A stretch of DNA of 64,000 nt. Source: a virus. Taxonomy: Duplodnaviria > Heunggongvirae > Uroviricota > Caudoviricetes > Demerecviridae. This document shows positions 9,296-18,990 of the stretch, in pieces (positions within the stretch are counted from its first letter, which is position 1; the number at the start of each line of letters is the position of its first letter). A model generated the notes under the pieces. It searched no databases and was not told the origin of the DNA. It worked only from the letters and a program-made list of their open reading frames with translations. Made by a program: the position numbers and the translations under genes. The stretch covers positions 20,530 to 84,529 of the IMG/VR virus record IMGVR_UViG_2974655256_000001, one strand, 5' to 3'.

Positions 9296-10173
9296 TATAG
9301 AATCCTATGTACACCACAGCTATCATTTTTATCTGTGGTAAATGTCATGATTTTACCGGCTTCATCATTAACTTGCGCAACCGTCAACTGCCCGTTGAAA
9401 ACACCGCCAGTATCGAGATAAACACGGTTCTTGTACAGAATTGGGTAAGGAACACCAGTGTGACCATGGAATACGAAATCTACACTTTCAACTTCTGGCA
9501 CTTCCACAGTCAGTTCATCTTTAAATCCTGCATAACGCTGGAAATAGGGGTGCTCTGCACCTTGCTTAGACAGATGAAAACCAATTTCCTGAATTACATC
9601 ACGATCCCATAGATATGGCTCAATGTAATAACTAGGATGATCATTAGGATCATTTTCACTTGCAGCGATATGATCAATAATATCGTCCCAATTAGGTGTA
9701 TGTACATCGAATCCCGCATCTTTATATTGGAATGGTATTCCACCATGAACAACACCGTATTTCTTGCCACGATGGAGTACAGTCATGAATACTGGCATTT
9801 TAACTGCCATATCTTCTGCGATACCTTTAATTGTATCGGTATCCAGATCATTCATTGCCCACATTCCACCATTATACATCCAGTTGGCGTAGTCACCAGC
9901 AATCATAAACTGATCATGGTTGCCACGAACGCTGCGGAAGCGTGGGTTATATAAGAATTTGGCTAGAACCTGTAAGTTCTGCGGGCCACGGTCAATTAAG
10001 TCGCCAACACAGACAACATAGTCACGCTTTTCTTTATATCCTGCTAGTTTAAGAGCATCTTCCAGCATATCATTACAGCCGTGAATATCTCCTACGAAGA
10101 ACAGGTTAACATCGTCTGGTACTACTAACATTTCGTGCAGGTTAAATTCTTTTTTCATTATCGAGTCATCCAA
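9295..10173 (-). CDS. Ser/Thr protein phosphatase (PPP family) (292 aa)
   Basis: GDIHG, GDLIDRG, GNHD motifs. Confidence 0.8.
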   Translation of the reverse strand: MDDSIMKKEFNLHEMLVVPDDVNLFFVGDIHGCNDMLEDALKLAGYKEKRDYVVCVGDLIDRGPQNLQVLAKFLYNPRFRSVRGNHDQFMIAGDYANWMYNGGMWAMNDLDTDTIKGIAEDMAVKMPVFMTVLHRGKKYGVVHGGIPFQYKDAGFDVHTPNWDDIIDHIAASENDPNDHPSYYIEPYLWDRDVIQEIGFHLSKQGAEHPYFQRYAGFKDELTVEVPEVESVDFVFHGHTGVPYPILYKNRVYLDTGGVFNGQLTVAQVNDEAGKIMTFTTDKNDSCGVHRIL

Positions 10174-10538
10174 TTAGTGTGTTTTTCAGCTTCTGTATCA
10201 TTTGGCTCAAAGATAACGTGACAGTCTACTGCTTCCCAGAAAGATTGACGGATGATAGCATTTTGTTCTGCAATATCCAATTCTTCCCATTCTTCAAGTG
10301 TTTCTAGATCTGTATCAACTTCGGTATCACAGCCCACCAGCCCCAAAGTAACAACAATAGTAACACGGCCTTCACGTTCTTCGGGATAAGCCTCAGCATA
10401 TTCCCAAGCAGCCTGTTCAACATAGTATTCTTGCTCCGATTTAGACAAAGAGTTATACTTTTCTTCTGTGATTCCCATCTCTACAGCACGAGTACCACAG
10501 ACCACGTTGTTATGTATTATAAGATATGCGTAATTCAA
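10158..10538 (-). CDS. hypothetical acidic protein (126 aa)
   Basis: ORF with promoter upstream. Confidence 0.55.
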   Translation of the reverse strand: MNYAYLIIHNNVVCGTRAVEMGITEEKYNSLSKSEQEYYVEQAAWEYAEAYPEEREGRVTIVVTLGLVGCDTEVDTDLETLEEWEELDIAEQNAIIRQSFWEAVDCHVIFEPNDTEAEKHTNWMTR

Positions 10539-10569
10539 TGTGATACTCCTCTCATCAATTTATACATAT

Positions 10570-10598
10570 ATTATATCAAAATTTTTAGCAGAAAGCAA
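10570..10598 (-). promoter_or_regulatory. T5-type early promoter
   Basis: TTGCTT-17-TATAAT on minus strand. Confidence 0.6.
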
Positions 10599-10639
10599 GT
10601 AATAAAAAAGCCTAGTCAGCTAAGACTAGGCTTTGGGTA

Positions 10640-10930
10640 TTAATCCTCTGGATTATCTTCCAGGAAGTTTTTGATTGCATCGTGCATAGTTTCTTTACGA
10701 AGCTGACGACCAATCAGAATGTGGTTGGCTTCCACACGACCATTCGGGAGACGATCTGCTAAAACTACTACAGGAACCTGACGAACGCCAAATTTCTGCA
10801 TAAGTTCTGTGTTATCAGTCTCTTTATGAACTTCTAGACTGTAGTCCTGTACTACTTTATCGAATACAGGCTCGAAAAGTTTACAAGGATTGCAGGTAGA
10901 TCCCTTCAGTAGATATACTAATTTACTCAT
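10640..10930 (-). CDS. thioredoxin/glutaredoxin-like protein (96 aa)
   Basis: CNPC redox motif near N-terminus. Confidence 0.65.
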   Translation of the reverse strand: MSKLVYLLKGSTCNPCKLFEPVFDKVVQDYSLEVHKETDNTELMQKFGVRQVPVVVLADRLPNGRVEANHILIGRQLRKETMHDAIKNFLEDNPED

Positions 10931-11333
10931 GTTTATTAATGGCCTCCAAAAATGCCTTCATCACTTTAACAGTTGCAGTGCTAAGATCTAAGGTAGCACC
11001 TAAGCACTCAGATACAGCAGCCTGATAAGGGGCTTTTAGCCTGCCTTCCGGTACTTGTACTTTCTTATAGGTTTTCTTTTTGACTTTATCCAGCATCGTT
11101 TCAAGAACATTGAGAGGCAACTTCTGACCTTCAATATTCACGCCAAGCTCTTCCATTAGCATGGTATTTAAGTCAATACGAGTAAGTTTCTTGCCCTTGC
11201 TAGACATACGAATTCCCGCCTTTTTCTCAAGTTTTGCACGCTCTGGTGAATCGAGGTCACGTAATGCGATGTTCAATTCATACGGAGCCATATTGTAATG
11301 GTTAGCCATCTGAGTATAGTAACGATCTGACAT
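10923..11333 (-). CDS. hypothetical protein (136 aa)
   Basis: ORF with promoter upstream. Confidence 0.55.
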   Translation of the reverse strand: MSDRYYTQMANHYNMAPYELNIALRDLDSPERAKLEKKAGIRMSSKGKKLTRIDLNTMLMEELGVNIEGQKLPLNVLETMLDKVKKKTYKKVQVPEGRLKAPYQAAVSECLGATLDLSTATVKVMKAFLEAINKHE

Positions 11334-11366
11334 TTGTGAAACTCCTCTGATTCAATTTATACAAAT

Positions 11367-11395
11367 ATTATATAAAAATTTCAGCGGAAAGTCAA
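11367..11395 (-). promoter_or_regulatory. T5-type early promoter (TTGACT-17-TATAAT)
   Basis: consensus elements. Confidence 0.6.
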
Positions 11396-11408
11396 CTACT
11401 TTTTTATA

Positions 11409-11825
11409 TTAGTGTGCTTGATGTGGGAATCTCTTCCTAACTAAGTACATAGTTATTGGATATATTGAATACATAAGTATAGGGGAGAAAAGAGTGAAAT
11501 AAGCCGTGACTCCCCCAGCTAACATTAGTGGTATCAATGCTAGAGTAAGGGCCATAAGAATCATACCGAATGAGACAGCCAGGGCTACTGTGATGCAGTT
11601 CTCTAACTCCATCCAAAGCCAACAATATTTCGTATTCCTCTGGCAGTTGCATTTGCAAACGCCGAATGTGCCCATAATTATATACTCTAGCCCATGAACG
11701 ACTTTCTTTAACGTATCATTTTGGGTAACTAGTGCGACAACAGTGAGAATTATCATTAAGATGAAAATTACTAGGCTTATTTTCCATATTCCTAGTAATA
11801 TCATGGTGAATAGTTCTGCAAACAT
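11409..11825 (-). CDS. polytopic membrane protein (138 aa)
   Basis: 3-4 hydrophobic helices. Confidence 0.5.
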   Translation of the reverse strand: MFAELFTMILLGIWKISLVIFILMIILTVVALVTQNDTLKKVVHGLEYIIMGTFGVCKCNCQRNTKYCWLWMELENCITVALAVSFGMILMALTLALIPLMLAGGVTAYFTLFSPILMYSIYPITMYLVRKRFPHQAH

Positions 11826-11861
11826 GGCTTTCTCCTATCATTAAGTTTTTAAAGCCCCCTT

Positions 11862-11890
11862 TGCTTTAAAAGGCGGGAATTACCCCGCCT
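11862..11890 (-). terminator. rho-independent terminator after endolysin
   Basis: GGCGGG/CCCGCC stem with U-run on minus strand. Confidence 0.55.
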
Positions 11891-11900
11891 TGATTTATTA

Positions 11901-12314
11901 TCAGACTAATTCTACGTGACCACCGTCGTAAGTACCACGATCGATCTCATCATGATAATCACCAGAACTATTCCAGTCGGCACCAAAACGAAGTTTGACA
12001 CCAAGTTCCTTACCGGCTTGTTCAAAAGCCTTCTTAACAGCCCAAAATGCTTCCAGATCTTTCCAATCAATCTTTCCATTAATATATGGTGCAAAATCGA
12101 TAGCATCTCCAGTTACATGCTTACTCTTGCTAGGGTCTTTCAAAAATGAAGTACCATTAGCAATGTTTTGGGCACTTTGTGCTACTGTACGAATACCCTG
12201 TACGATTGTGAAATCATATGGAGATAATTCTAAAGCCCTACGAGCTACCTTCTGTAGCTCGGGCTTAACAGTTGCTAATTGTTTTTCGCTATTTTTACCA
12301 AATTTAAAACTCAT
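11901..12314 (-). CDS. lys: endolysin, L-alanyl-D-glutamate peptidase (M15/VanY-like) (137 aa)
   Basis: SKHxxGxAxD and DxxH Zn-peptidase motifs; size matches T5 endolysin. Confidence 0.8.
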   Translation of the reverse strand: MSFKFGKNSEKQLATVKPELQKVARRALELSPYDFTIVQGIRTVAQSAQNIANGTSFLKDPSKSKHVTGDAIDFAPYINGKIDWKDLEAFWAVKKAFEQAGKELGVKLRFGADWNSSGDYHDEIDRGTYDGGHVELV

Positions 12315-12967
12315 ATAGATCTACCTAATGATCTTTGCTGCGGTGAGCAAAGCTTTGTTAAGTACTCATTAAATTGTTCCGAGTCAGCTGTATCTACGGG
12401 TTTATCCTTCCAGGCAATACCTATGTATCCAGCATAGATATTATTTAGGTTGAAATACGGACAAGTGTAGACGTAATTAAAAGTAACGTTCTTAAACGCG
12501 GGTATATTTGACCCCATATATTTATTTACTTTTACACTTAAATCCGAAGCATAGTTAAAGCCTTCCAGGTGACGTCTATAAAGTTCAGACGTCTTGTTTA
12601 CTGCTTTATCGGCCAAGTCAGCCCTATCCAATTGCGCATTGCTTTCCCATGCAATAATGTTCGAATAATCGTTTATAGCATCGGGTTTATACTTGACTAC
12701 AAAAACAGCATCCGCACCCGTCTGAGAGAAAAGAACCATGCTCTTTTCTCGTGCTACATTAGGAAAGTTATCTATCCTTTGGGTTTGAACATCCTGTAAA
12801 ACCGCAGACGTGGAGAAAGTCTTTAAAAATGACATCACCTCGCTAGTGTTACTTACAAACAAGAAAATAATGACAGCAACTAAGATAGTTAGCAGACGTT
12901 TTAGTAGCGAAGCTGGATCTTTCGCTTCTTGGAGCAGTACCGTTAATAGTTGTAGAAACTTTTCCAC
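12311..12967 (-). CDS. hol: holin-like membrane protein (218 aa)
   Basis: N-terminal TM; immediately upstream of and overlapping endolysin. Confidence 0.6.
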   Translation of the reverse strand: MEKFLQLLTVLLQEAKDPASLLKRLLTILVAVIIFLFVSNTSEVMSFLKTFSTSAVLQDVQTQRIDNFPNVAREKSMVLFSQTGADAVFVVKYKPDAINDYSNIIAWESNAQLDRADLADKAVNKTSELYRRHLEGFNYASDLSVKVNKYMGSNIPAFKNVTFNYVYTCPYFNLNNIYAGYIGIAWKDKPVDTADSEQFNEYLTKLCSPQQRSLGRSI

Positions 12968-13123
12968 TTGTAACCTCCTCTAACCATTACCATTATACTA
13001 ATTCTAGAGGAAAATTACAATGTGTTTTTAAAGATCACTTCTGGAGCACAATTTTTTGTCGTTGTCAAGAAGAATTTTAGGCAAAAGAAAAGCCAGAGTC
13101 GTTAAACTCTGGCTTAAAACTAC

Positions 13124-13723
13124 TTACACTTCTCCATGTTCTTCTGGATGCGGAGCTTGAGCTTTACTATATTGCTCTTTGCGATAATTCGCCAAAATTT
13201 CAATACGCTTATTGATTTCTTTGCTGTTGAGGTAGATATTCTTATTCTCTTTTACCATATCCTCGATCTCGTCAATAGAGAAGAACGGGAAGTAAACATC
13301 GAGCATCATATCTTCTACAAACTGGTTGTAAGATTCATAGGCTTTCTTGATTTCTTGACCTTTCTCACAGAATCCGCCAGAGAACGTATGTCCCATAAGC
13401 GTAGCATGTGGATGTACAACCCAACCGTGGCAAGACAGGAAGATTGTGCAGTAAGCAGAAGCACTAGGACCGAGCAGGTGTCCAATAACCGTTCCACGAC
13501 AGTTAGCGATTAAGTTAGATAGCTGTGCAGCAGTATCAACATAACCACCAGGCCCATTAATCATCAGATTAATTTCATCATCTTCACCAGCCTGCATCAG
13601 TATCATTGATAGATCACGATACTCATCTGGTGAACCTAATTCTTCGTCAAAGAAAAAGGTATATTCGTTAGATTGGCGAACAGTGTGAAACAGGTTAGTC
13701 TTTTCTTCTTTCTTATTAGTCAT
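13124..13723 (-). CDS. ClpP-like serine protease (199 aa)
   Basis: MINGPGGYV...TFSGGF pattern typical of ClpP/crotonase fold. Confidence 0.6.
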   Translation of the reverse strand: MTNKKEEKTNLFHTVRQSNEYTFFFDEELGSPDEYRDLSMILMQAGEDDEINLMINGPGGYVDTAAQLSNLIANCRGTVIGHLLGPSASAYCTIFLSCHGWVVHPHATLMGHTFSGGFCEKGQEIKKAYESYNQFVEDMMLDVYFPFFSIDEIEDMVKENKNIYLNSKEINKRIEILANYRKEQYSKAQAPHPEEHGEV

Positions 13724-13735
13724 AGTGATCCTTAA

Positions 13736-14488
13736 TTATCCAACTAGTGGTTCTAGCTCTAAGTCACAGAAGTGGTACACATCGGTACGAAGTGCATCAA
13801 GTCCGTTGAAGGTATTCTCAAATTTATGAGAAATGTATTTTTCAGGAATACCGCTTTCAGACGGATGATCTGTCTCGATGCGATACTTATTAGTAATACC
13901 AGATTCAACCTTAATAAGCATGGAATCCATATCTAGAGTATTGGTTTCCATGATTAGCTCTCCCTCATTGGGGAAACGCACATCGGTAACGATTGCGACG
14001 TCTGGGTCGTCTTTATCGATGGATTGCTCCAGAATTATGAGCCAAATGCGTTCATGCACCAGCTGCCTTCCTAACTCAGTACCTACAAGCTGTAGCATTT
14101 TTCTTGGGGAGATAAACACGCTATACAGCGCATCATCAGCTTGCCCAATTAACTGCTGAGGATCAAGGTATTTTCCTTCAAAAATCGGCCAAACGTACGA
14201 GAAGTCCTCAAACTTATCGATACCATACTTAAACCATACGTCTCTAGCTCGCTCCAATTGAGATTGTGTGACCGTAAACCATTGGTCAATCTCTTTTCCC
14301 CTGCGCTCTCCCAGAAACTCTGGAGTTACCCCGAGGATTACGGATGCAAGTTCGTAAACGGGTTTAGCAAAACTGTAACGACGGGATAAACACGTTGGGA
14401 ACGTGTCATTACACCAGTCAATCATTAATTCTGCAACGGTATCTTTTCCCGCACCAGCCTCACCATGTAAACCGACTAATACTGACAT
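13736..14488 (-). CDS. dnk: deoxynucleoside monophosphate kinase (250 aa)
   Basis: P-loop GEAGAGKDT; size matches T5 dNMP kinase. Confidence 0.7.
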   Translation of the reverse strand: MSVLVGLHGEAGAGKDTVAELMIDWCNDTFPTCLSRRYSFAKPVYELASVILGVTPEFLGERRGKEIDQWFTVTQSQLERARDVWFKYGIDKFEDFSYVWPIFEGKYLDPQQLIGQADDALYSVFISPRKMLQLVGTELGRQLVHERIWLIILEQSIDKDDPDVAIVTDVRFPNEGELIMETNTLDMDSMLIKVESGITNKYRIETDHPSESGIPEKYISHKFENTFNGLDALRTDVYHFCDLELEPLVG

Positions 14489-14841
14489 TAATCTTTCCTA
14501 TTTGTAATGGGTGGATAGTAAACTAAGCAACGTTTTTCTTGTAAATCTTGACGATAGAAGCAAACCATACCGGTCAGTCGTGAAATGTAAGAGTAAACTG
14601 CTTCCTCGCATTTTGCTTTTGCATTCCAATCTTTGTAAGGTACAACAACTACTACGCCATCTTCACCATTTGTAGCTAATTTCTTTTCGAATTTGAAATC
14701 AAAGCTACACGGCTGAAGTCCTTTAGGCCAGTCAACATGAGCTTGCTTTAACTCATGAGATGGCTCTGGTTTTATTTCTTCTGCACAGCCTGTGATTGTG
14801 ATTGCGGCTGCGAGCAGTACTCCAAGTTTCCAGTTAAACAT
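14488..14841 (-). CDS. lipoprotein, o-spanin candidate (117 aa)
   Basis: signal peptide with ITGC lipobox; overlaps i-spanin-like gene. Confidence 0.5.
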   Translation of the reverse strand: MFNWKLGVLLAAAITITGCAEEIKPEPSHELKQAHVDWPKGLQPCSFDFKFEKKLATNGEDGVVVVVPYKDWNAKAKCEEAVYSYISRLTGMVCFYRQDLQEKRCLVYYPPITNRKD

Positions 14842-15221
14842 GCTAATCTTTCCTCGAACTCTTTATTCTGCTTTTTAGCAATTAATGTTACCAATCCAGG
14901 CTTTGCAGCGATAACATCTTGACGACTAAGAGCTTTATCTAACTGCTTAATCTTTTTGTCTAGATCTGCTTGCGAAATATTATTCATTGTGAAATACTGG
15001 TTCATTCGAGTCTCACGAAGTTCACTCTCAGTTTTCACTTTATTAAGAGAAGTCTCTAGAGTGGAGATCTTTTTAGTCGCAACTGCAAGATCTCCCGCTA
15101 AAGTTTCAACCTTATTTACTAAGTGATAAGCACCGAATCCGATACCTATCGCAAGACCAGCTCCCAGGATATACCACTTACCTTGCCATATTCCTGAAAG
15201 AAGTTTTTGTATCAAATCCAT
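14772..15221 (-). CDS. TM + periplasmic coiled-coil protein, i-spanin candidate (149 aa)
   Basis: N-terminal TM, long heptad region, 70-nt overlap with lipoprotein gene. Confidence 0.5.
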   Translation of the reverse strand: MDLIQKLLSGIWQGKWYILGAGLAIGIGFGAYHLVNKVETLAGDLAVATKKISTLETSLNKVKTESELRETRMNQYFTMNNISQADLDKKIKQLDKALSRQDVIAAKPGLVTLIAKKQNKEFEERLACLTGNLEYCSQPQSQSQAVQKK

Positions 15222-15876
15222 GTGCTGCTAACCTGTCTTTATCTGATACGGTAATCATATCAGGCTCACCAGTTCCTAGTACACCGAAAATATACTGTTC
15301 GAGAACTTGGTGTAAACGGTATAAGTTACTTTCAATTTCCTGCCACGGAATACCCGACTGGTGGAAACGAATGTTGGTCTGAATTACGAAGTTACGAACA
15401 TCATCGTTATCGTTCTTCTTAATACCCTTCACATAGGCAATTGGTACACGTAGTTCAGATAAGATACGTTCTGCTTTAGGTTTTGCTTCAACCAACATAT
15501 CTCGCATGGTTTCACGAACGTCACCACGATTCTTGTCTAGTAAGTAAGAACGGGCATGTAATCCCATTTCTTCCATTTTATCGAACACAGCATCGATATT
15601 GAACGTTTTGAAACTGAATGCTGGATGCCAGCAGGACAGCTCATGTAACCAATAAACTTCACCTGCAATAAACAGTGGATTTACTGAGTATTCGAAGTCA
15701 CCACGGAAGGATAAGGAACCTTCACGAAATACCTGACGATTATGAACGATATTCTTTTCTACATCGTCGGTTACTTTTACTAGCAGCTCTTCAGTTTTAC
15801 GCTCCCAGACACGATCTGGATCAAATAAACTATTCTGCAAATCGTATACATCATTGAACTTTGAAATGATTCTCAT
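15178..15876 (-). CDS. hypothetical protein (232 aa)
   Basis: ORF with promoter upstream. Confidence 0.55.
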   Translation of the reverse strand: MRIISKFNDVYDLQNSLFDPDRVWERKTEELLVKVTDDVEKNIVHNRQVFREGSLSFRGDFEYSVNPLFIAGEVYWLHELSCWHPAFSFKTFNIDAVFDKMEEMGLHARSYLLDKNRGDVRETMRDMLVEAKPKAERILSELRVPIAYVKGIKKNDNDDVRNFVIQTNIRFHQSGIPWQEIESNLYRLHQVLEQYIFGVLGTGEPDMITVSDKDRLAAHGFDTKTSFRNMAR

Positions 15877-15907
15877 AAATTATCCTTTTGCCTCAATCTA
15901 TAAACAT

Positions 15908-15936
15908 ATTATACAATACTTGTGGCATCTGAGCAA
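15908..15936 (-). promoter_or_regulatory. T5-type early promoter (TTGCTC-17-TATAAT)
   Basis: consensus elements. Confidence 0.55.
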
Positions 15937-16021
15937 CTGAAATTTTATTACAAAAATAGCCCAGTCGCAAAATTGCAGGCTGGGCTTTGTCATTATTATT
16001 CTTGCTAGGAGGTGATTATTA

Positions 16022-16411
16022 TCACTCTTGTTTACTTAATTCTCTAGCACGACGTAGCGATCCAGCGGTTCTCCATAGTTTAATGTCGTCAACAACTTCT
16101 TTGTAGGGAGCAATAGTAAGACCTAGTGGCCCTGCTACCAACAGTCCAAAGAAACCAATTACACGCATGTAAAGCAAGCATTCTTTGGGAGTCATTGACT
16201 GGACAGCCTGTCGTTCCTCAGCACTGTCGAACTCGTGTTCTTGATCGTCTAAACGTAGGTACTTAATAAACCATTCAGCAGAATATTCATCCAGATGACG
16301 AATAACTGCAATAGCATAGCTTAAACCAATAATAAACCATGCTGCTACAATGAATAAAATAAAGCTCATGATATCTCCAGTTAAAGTTGAGGTCAGCGAC
16401 CAACTCACCAC
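16022..16411 (-). CDS. membrane protein (129 aa)
   Basis: multiple TM segments. Confidence 0.5.
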   Translation of the reverse strand: MVSWSLTSTLTGDIMSFILFIVAAWFIIGLSYAIAVIRHLDEYSAEWFIKYLRLDDQEHEFDSAEERQAVQSMTPKECLLYMRVIGFFGLLVAGPLGLTIAPYKEVVDDIKLWRTAGSLRRARELSKQE

Positions 16412-16485
16412 TTACCGCACTAAGGGGCACGACTCCCTTATCCGTAACAGTTGCAGGTGACGCAACTCGGTCCTACGCGAGTTCT

Positions 16486-16770
16486 TTACTTGCTCTGCAT
16501 TTCAGCACGGAATTTTTTCATCTTACGGGTTTTACGGAAGAAGAAATAAGTAGCTACTGGCCCGAACAAGGTGTCCATGATAAGCATACCTGACATAATG
16601 AATTTGAACATCTTTTCATCGTCAAATTCTGCTAATTCTGGTGGACGATATTTGTTTATAACATAAAGAATAACATCTTTATTTTTAGAGATATACAGAT
16701 CATCAATCAGACTGTAAATCGCGACAACTGCACCAATAACAAACCACAAAGCAAATGGAGAGATAATCAT
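16486..16770 (-). CDS. membrane protein (94 aa)
   Basis: TM segments. Confidence 0.5.
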   Translation of the reverse strand: MIISPFALWFVIGAVVAIYSLIDDLYISKNKDVILYVINKYRPPELAEFDDEKMFKFIMSGMLIMDTLFGPVATYFFFRKTRKMKKFRAEMQSK

Positions 16771-17063
16771 TTAAGATCCTTTTCGTCAATTAAAATAGTA
16801 ACAAATAATGGTACACAACCTGGGCATAAATCTTTGCCAAACTTTTCCATTACATCCCAAAGTGGTAAAGTAATCATACCATTCTTAACTCTAGGATCTG
16901 TATACTCAGCTATTCGTTTATCCGCGAATGTTATTGCACTAGAAGTTTCTTCGTACTGTTCTGCATAGTTAGTCCAGAACTTAATATGTTCCTGCTTGAG
17001 GAAGTCTAGTATAGCATCAGTTGCTGGAATCTGTACTAGACTGTTGAGATTTAGCTCTTTCAC
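16767..17063 (-). CDS. hypothetical protein (98 aa)
   Basis: ORF, coupled. Confidence 0.5.
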   Translation of the reverse strand: MKELNLNSLVQIPATDAILDFLKQEHIKFWTNYAEQYEETSSAITFADKRIAEYTDPRVKNGMITLPLWDVMEKFGKDLCPGCVPLFVTILIDEKDLK

Positions 17064-17514
17064 GTTCTGCTCTCCGACGTTTGCGTTCTTTCATCATGTA
17101 AGCTGACACAACCTCATGATAGTAATCGTTGATGTTGCCTTCTGGCAAGAAATGTTTAATTGTTTCTAGCTGACAGATAACACGGTAAAGATGTTTATTT
17201 GGTAAACATAATTTCATGCCCATAACAAATCCAGAGAAGCCTGGAACACTGAACATGGGTTGGGCTTCTACATTGCCCTTGGGATTGATACTAAGTTCAA
17301 TCGAGATACCCATTTTCATGCTATAAAGCTGACAACCTTCACCGCTACCAAATCTTGACCAAACAGTGAAGTCCTCATCGATTTGATCTTGGATTTCTTC
17401 GACTGCATGTTTAATTCTAGGGTCTAAATTACTCATCTTCACCTTCAAAGCCGCAGTCATAACGGCAAGTAAAAGAATCAGAACTATTAGTACGTTGAGT
17501 AGTGATTTCACCAC
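17017..17514 (-). CDS. hypothetical protein (165 aa)
   Basis: N-terminal TM. Confidence 0.5.
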   Translation of the reverse strand: MVKSLLNVLIVLILLLAVMTAALKVKMSNLDPRIKHAVEEIQDQIDEDFTVWSRFGSGEGCQLYSMKMGISIELSINPKGNVEAQPMFSVPGFSGFVMGMKLCLPNKHLYRVICQLETIKHFLPEGNINDYYHEVVSAYMMKERKRRRAERERAKSQQSSTDSSN

Positions 17515-17728
17515 GTTTGCTAACAGTAACAGCCGGAGTAGAGAAGTTTTTATTAGTATAGATTTCTACTTTGCCATTACGTTCTTTAACATCACGCACT
17601 TTACCATATTCGGTAGTAATGCCGTTCTGCTGAACTTTAACATTACCATTTTTCATAGAAACTTTGGTAGATGCCAGAGAACCGAAACTAACTGCTGAAA
17701 TTACCAGAGCAATAATAAGTTTACGCAT
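17429..17728 (-). CDS. secreted small protein (99 aa)
   Basis: cleavable signal peptide. Confidence 0.5.
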   Translation of the reverse strand: MRKLIIALVISAVSFGSLASTKVSMKNGNVKVQQNGITTEYGKVRDVKERNGKVEIYTNKNFSTPAVTVSKRGEITTQRTNSSDSFTCRYDCGFEGEDE

Positions 17729-18002
17729 AATGCAACTCTCTTAGTTTATCCGTGATAGCCTGTAGTACGCCTTCTCGACTAGTATCTATAGTTACACCGA
17801 TAGAGTCTCCAGTCACATACACTTTACACCTATTAGGGCCTTCACTAATTATTAGTGCCACTGTAGTTATATTTATAGAACAGTCCTTATAATTAGAAGT
17901 TCTAAAGGTAACGAAAGGAGAACAGAAATTACTCATCTTCATCATCCTCCTTACAGTCACGGCATACATCATAATCATTGAAAGAATGTTCGTGAGCTTC
18001 AC
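17721..18002 (-). CDS. hypothetical protein (93 aa)
   Basis: ORF; overlaps next. Confidence 0.4.
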   Translation of the reverse strand: MKLTNILSMIMMYAVTVRRMMKMSNFCSPFVTFRTSNYKDCSINITTVALIISEGPNRCKVYVTGDSIGVTIDTSREGVLQAITDKLRELHYA

Positions 18003-18210
18003 ACCACCAAGAACAAGAATCGCACAAGAAAATTTCTGTTTTCTCTATTGCCTGTCCAAGCAGTTCGTCTGCTTCATCTTCTGTGATTTTCAAACTACAA
18101 ACATCAGCAATACGTTTAACAATCATTCTGCCTGCTTCATGATAGGACATACAAGTCCCAACAACATCATGCTCAAGTACGTGAACAGCACAGTCTAGGC
18201 GAGTTTTCAT
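17929..18210 (-). CDS. Cys-rich small protein (93 aa)
   Basis: CxxC pairs; promoter upstream. Confidence 0.5.
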   Translation of the reverse strand: MKTRLDCAVHVLEHDVVGTCMSYHEAGRMIVKRIADVCSLKITEDEADELLGQAIEKTEIFLCDSCSWWCEAHEHSFNDYDVCRDCKEDDEDE

Positions 18211-18240
18211 TTCAAAGCCCTCTCATCAATTTATATAAAT

Positions 18241-18269
18241 ATTATATCAAAAGGAGAGGGTTTTAGCAA
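18241..18269 (-). promoter_or_regulatory. T5-type early promoter (TTGCTA-17-TATAAT)
   Basis: consensus plus conserved downstream ATTTATATAAATTGATGAGAGG leader. Confidence 0.65.
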
Positions 18270-18286
18270 ATGAATTATTTACGAAA

Positions 18287-18682
18287 TTAGTCGTAGCACC
18301 ACCATAACCCACGCTTACGTAGGTCATGATCGCGATTATAGTCGTAATTTTCTGGATCTTTCAGTACACGGTGGAGTTCGCGACGGTTTCCCTGACGAAC
18401 CATTTTGTTAGAATGCCACTTAACACTTCTGCTAATAGAATCCCACCAGTGCCCATCTTTCTTCTCATTACGGATGATATTTTCCTGAATCTCCTTCTCA
18501 ATTTCATCCCAAGTTTTAGCCCATGCCTCATTGGATCGAACTTGATAATACTTCCACTGCTTACCATCCCTATCCGTGTAGATATACGGAATACGGATAT
18601 TAGTGCTATGAAAATTATAAGTAGAACGATGTGCATCACGCCAGTGACGATCACCAGATTGTTTACGATATGTACGGCTCAT
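18287..18682 (-). CDS. hypothetical Trp/Arg-rich protein (131 aa)
   Basis: ORF. Confidence 0.55.
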   Translation of the reverse strand: MSRTYRKQSGDRHWRDAHRSTYNFHSTNIRIPYIYTDRDGKQWKYYQVRSNEAWAKTWDEIEKEIQENIIRNEKKDGHWWDSISRSVKWHSNKMVRQGNRRELHRVLKDPENYDYNRDHDLRKRGLWWCYD

Positions 18683-18740
18683 ATTACCTCCATTAAGTCT
18701 TTTAAATTAACTTAATGTGGACGAACTTCAAAATATAACA

Positions 18741-18926
18741 TCAGTAATCTCCGTTGTCGTTGTATACTACCCCACTGCTAGGAAGTTCTTCTACTGTCAC
18801 ATTCTCGAATTCTATAGAACTTCTATGATTTCTAGCCAGTTCGATTGCTTCTTCCGCAGTTTCCGCAACAACAATAGCTGTACCACCTAACCACAGGCCG
18901 CTATAGTTCACTTTAAAAATTTTCAT
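18741..18926 (-). CDS. hypothetical small protein (61 aa)
   Basis: ORF. Confidence 0.45.
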   Translation of the reverse strand: MKIFKVNYSGLWLGGTAIVVAETAEEAIELARNHRSSIEFENVTVEELPSSGVVYNDNGDY

Positions 18927-18943
18927 TTCGAAAATCCTATATA

Positions 18944-18980
18944 CAAGAAAACCCCAGACTACTTATTCAATAGCTGGGGT
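18944..18980 (-). terminator. rho-independent terminator
   Basis: ACCCCAG/CTGGGGT stem, U-run on minus. Confidence 0.5.
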
Positions 18981-18990
18981 TTATTATTAA

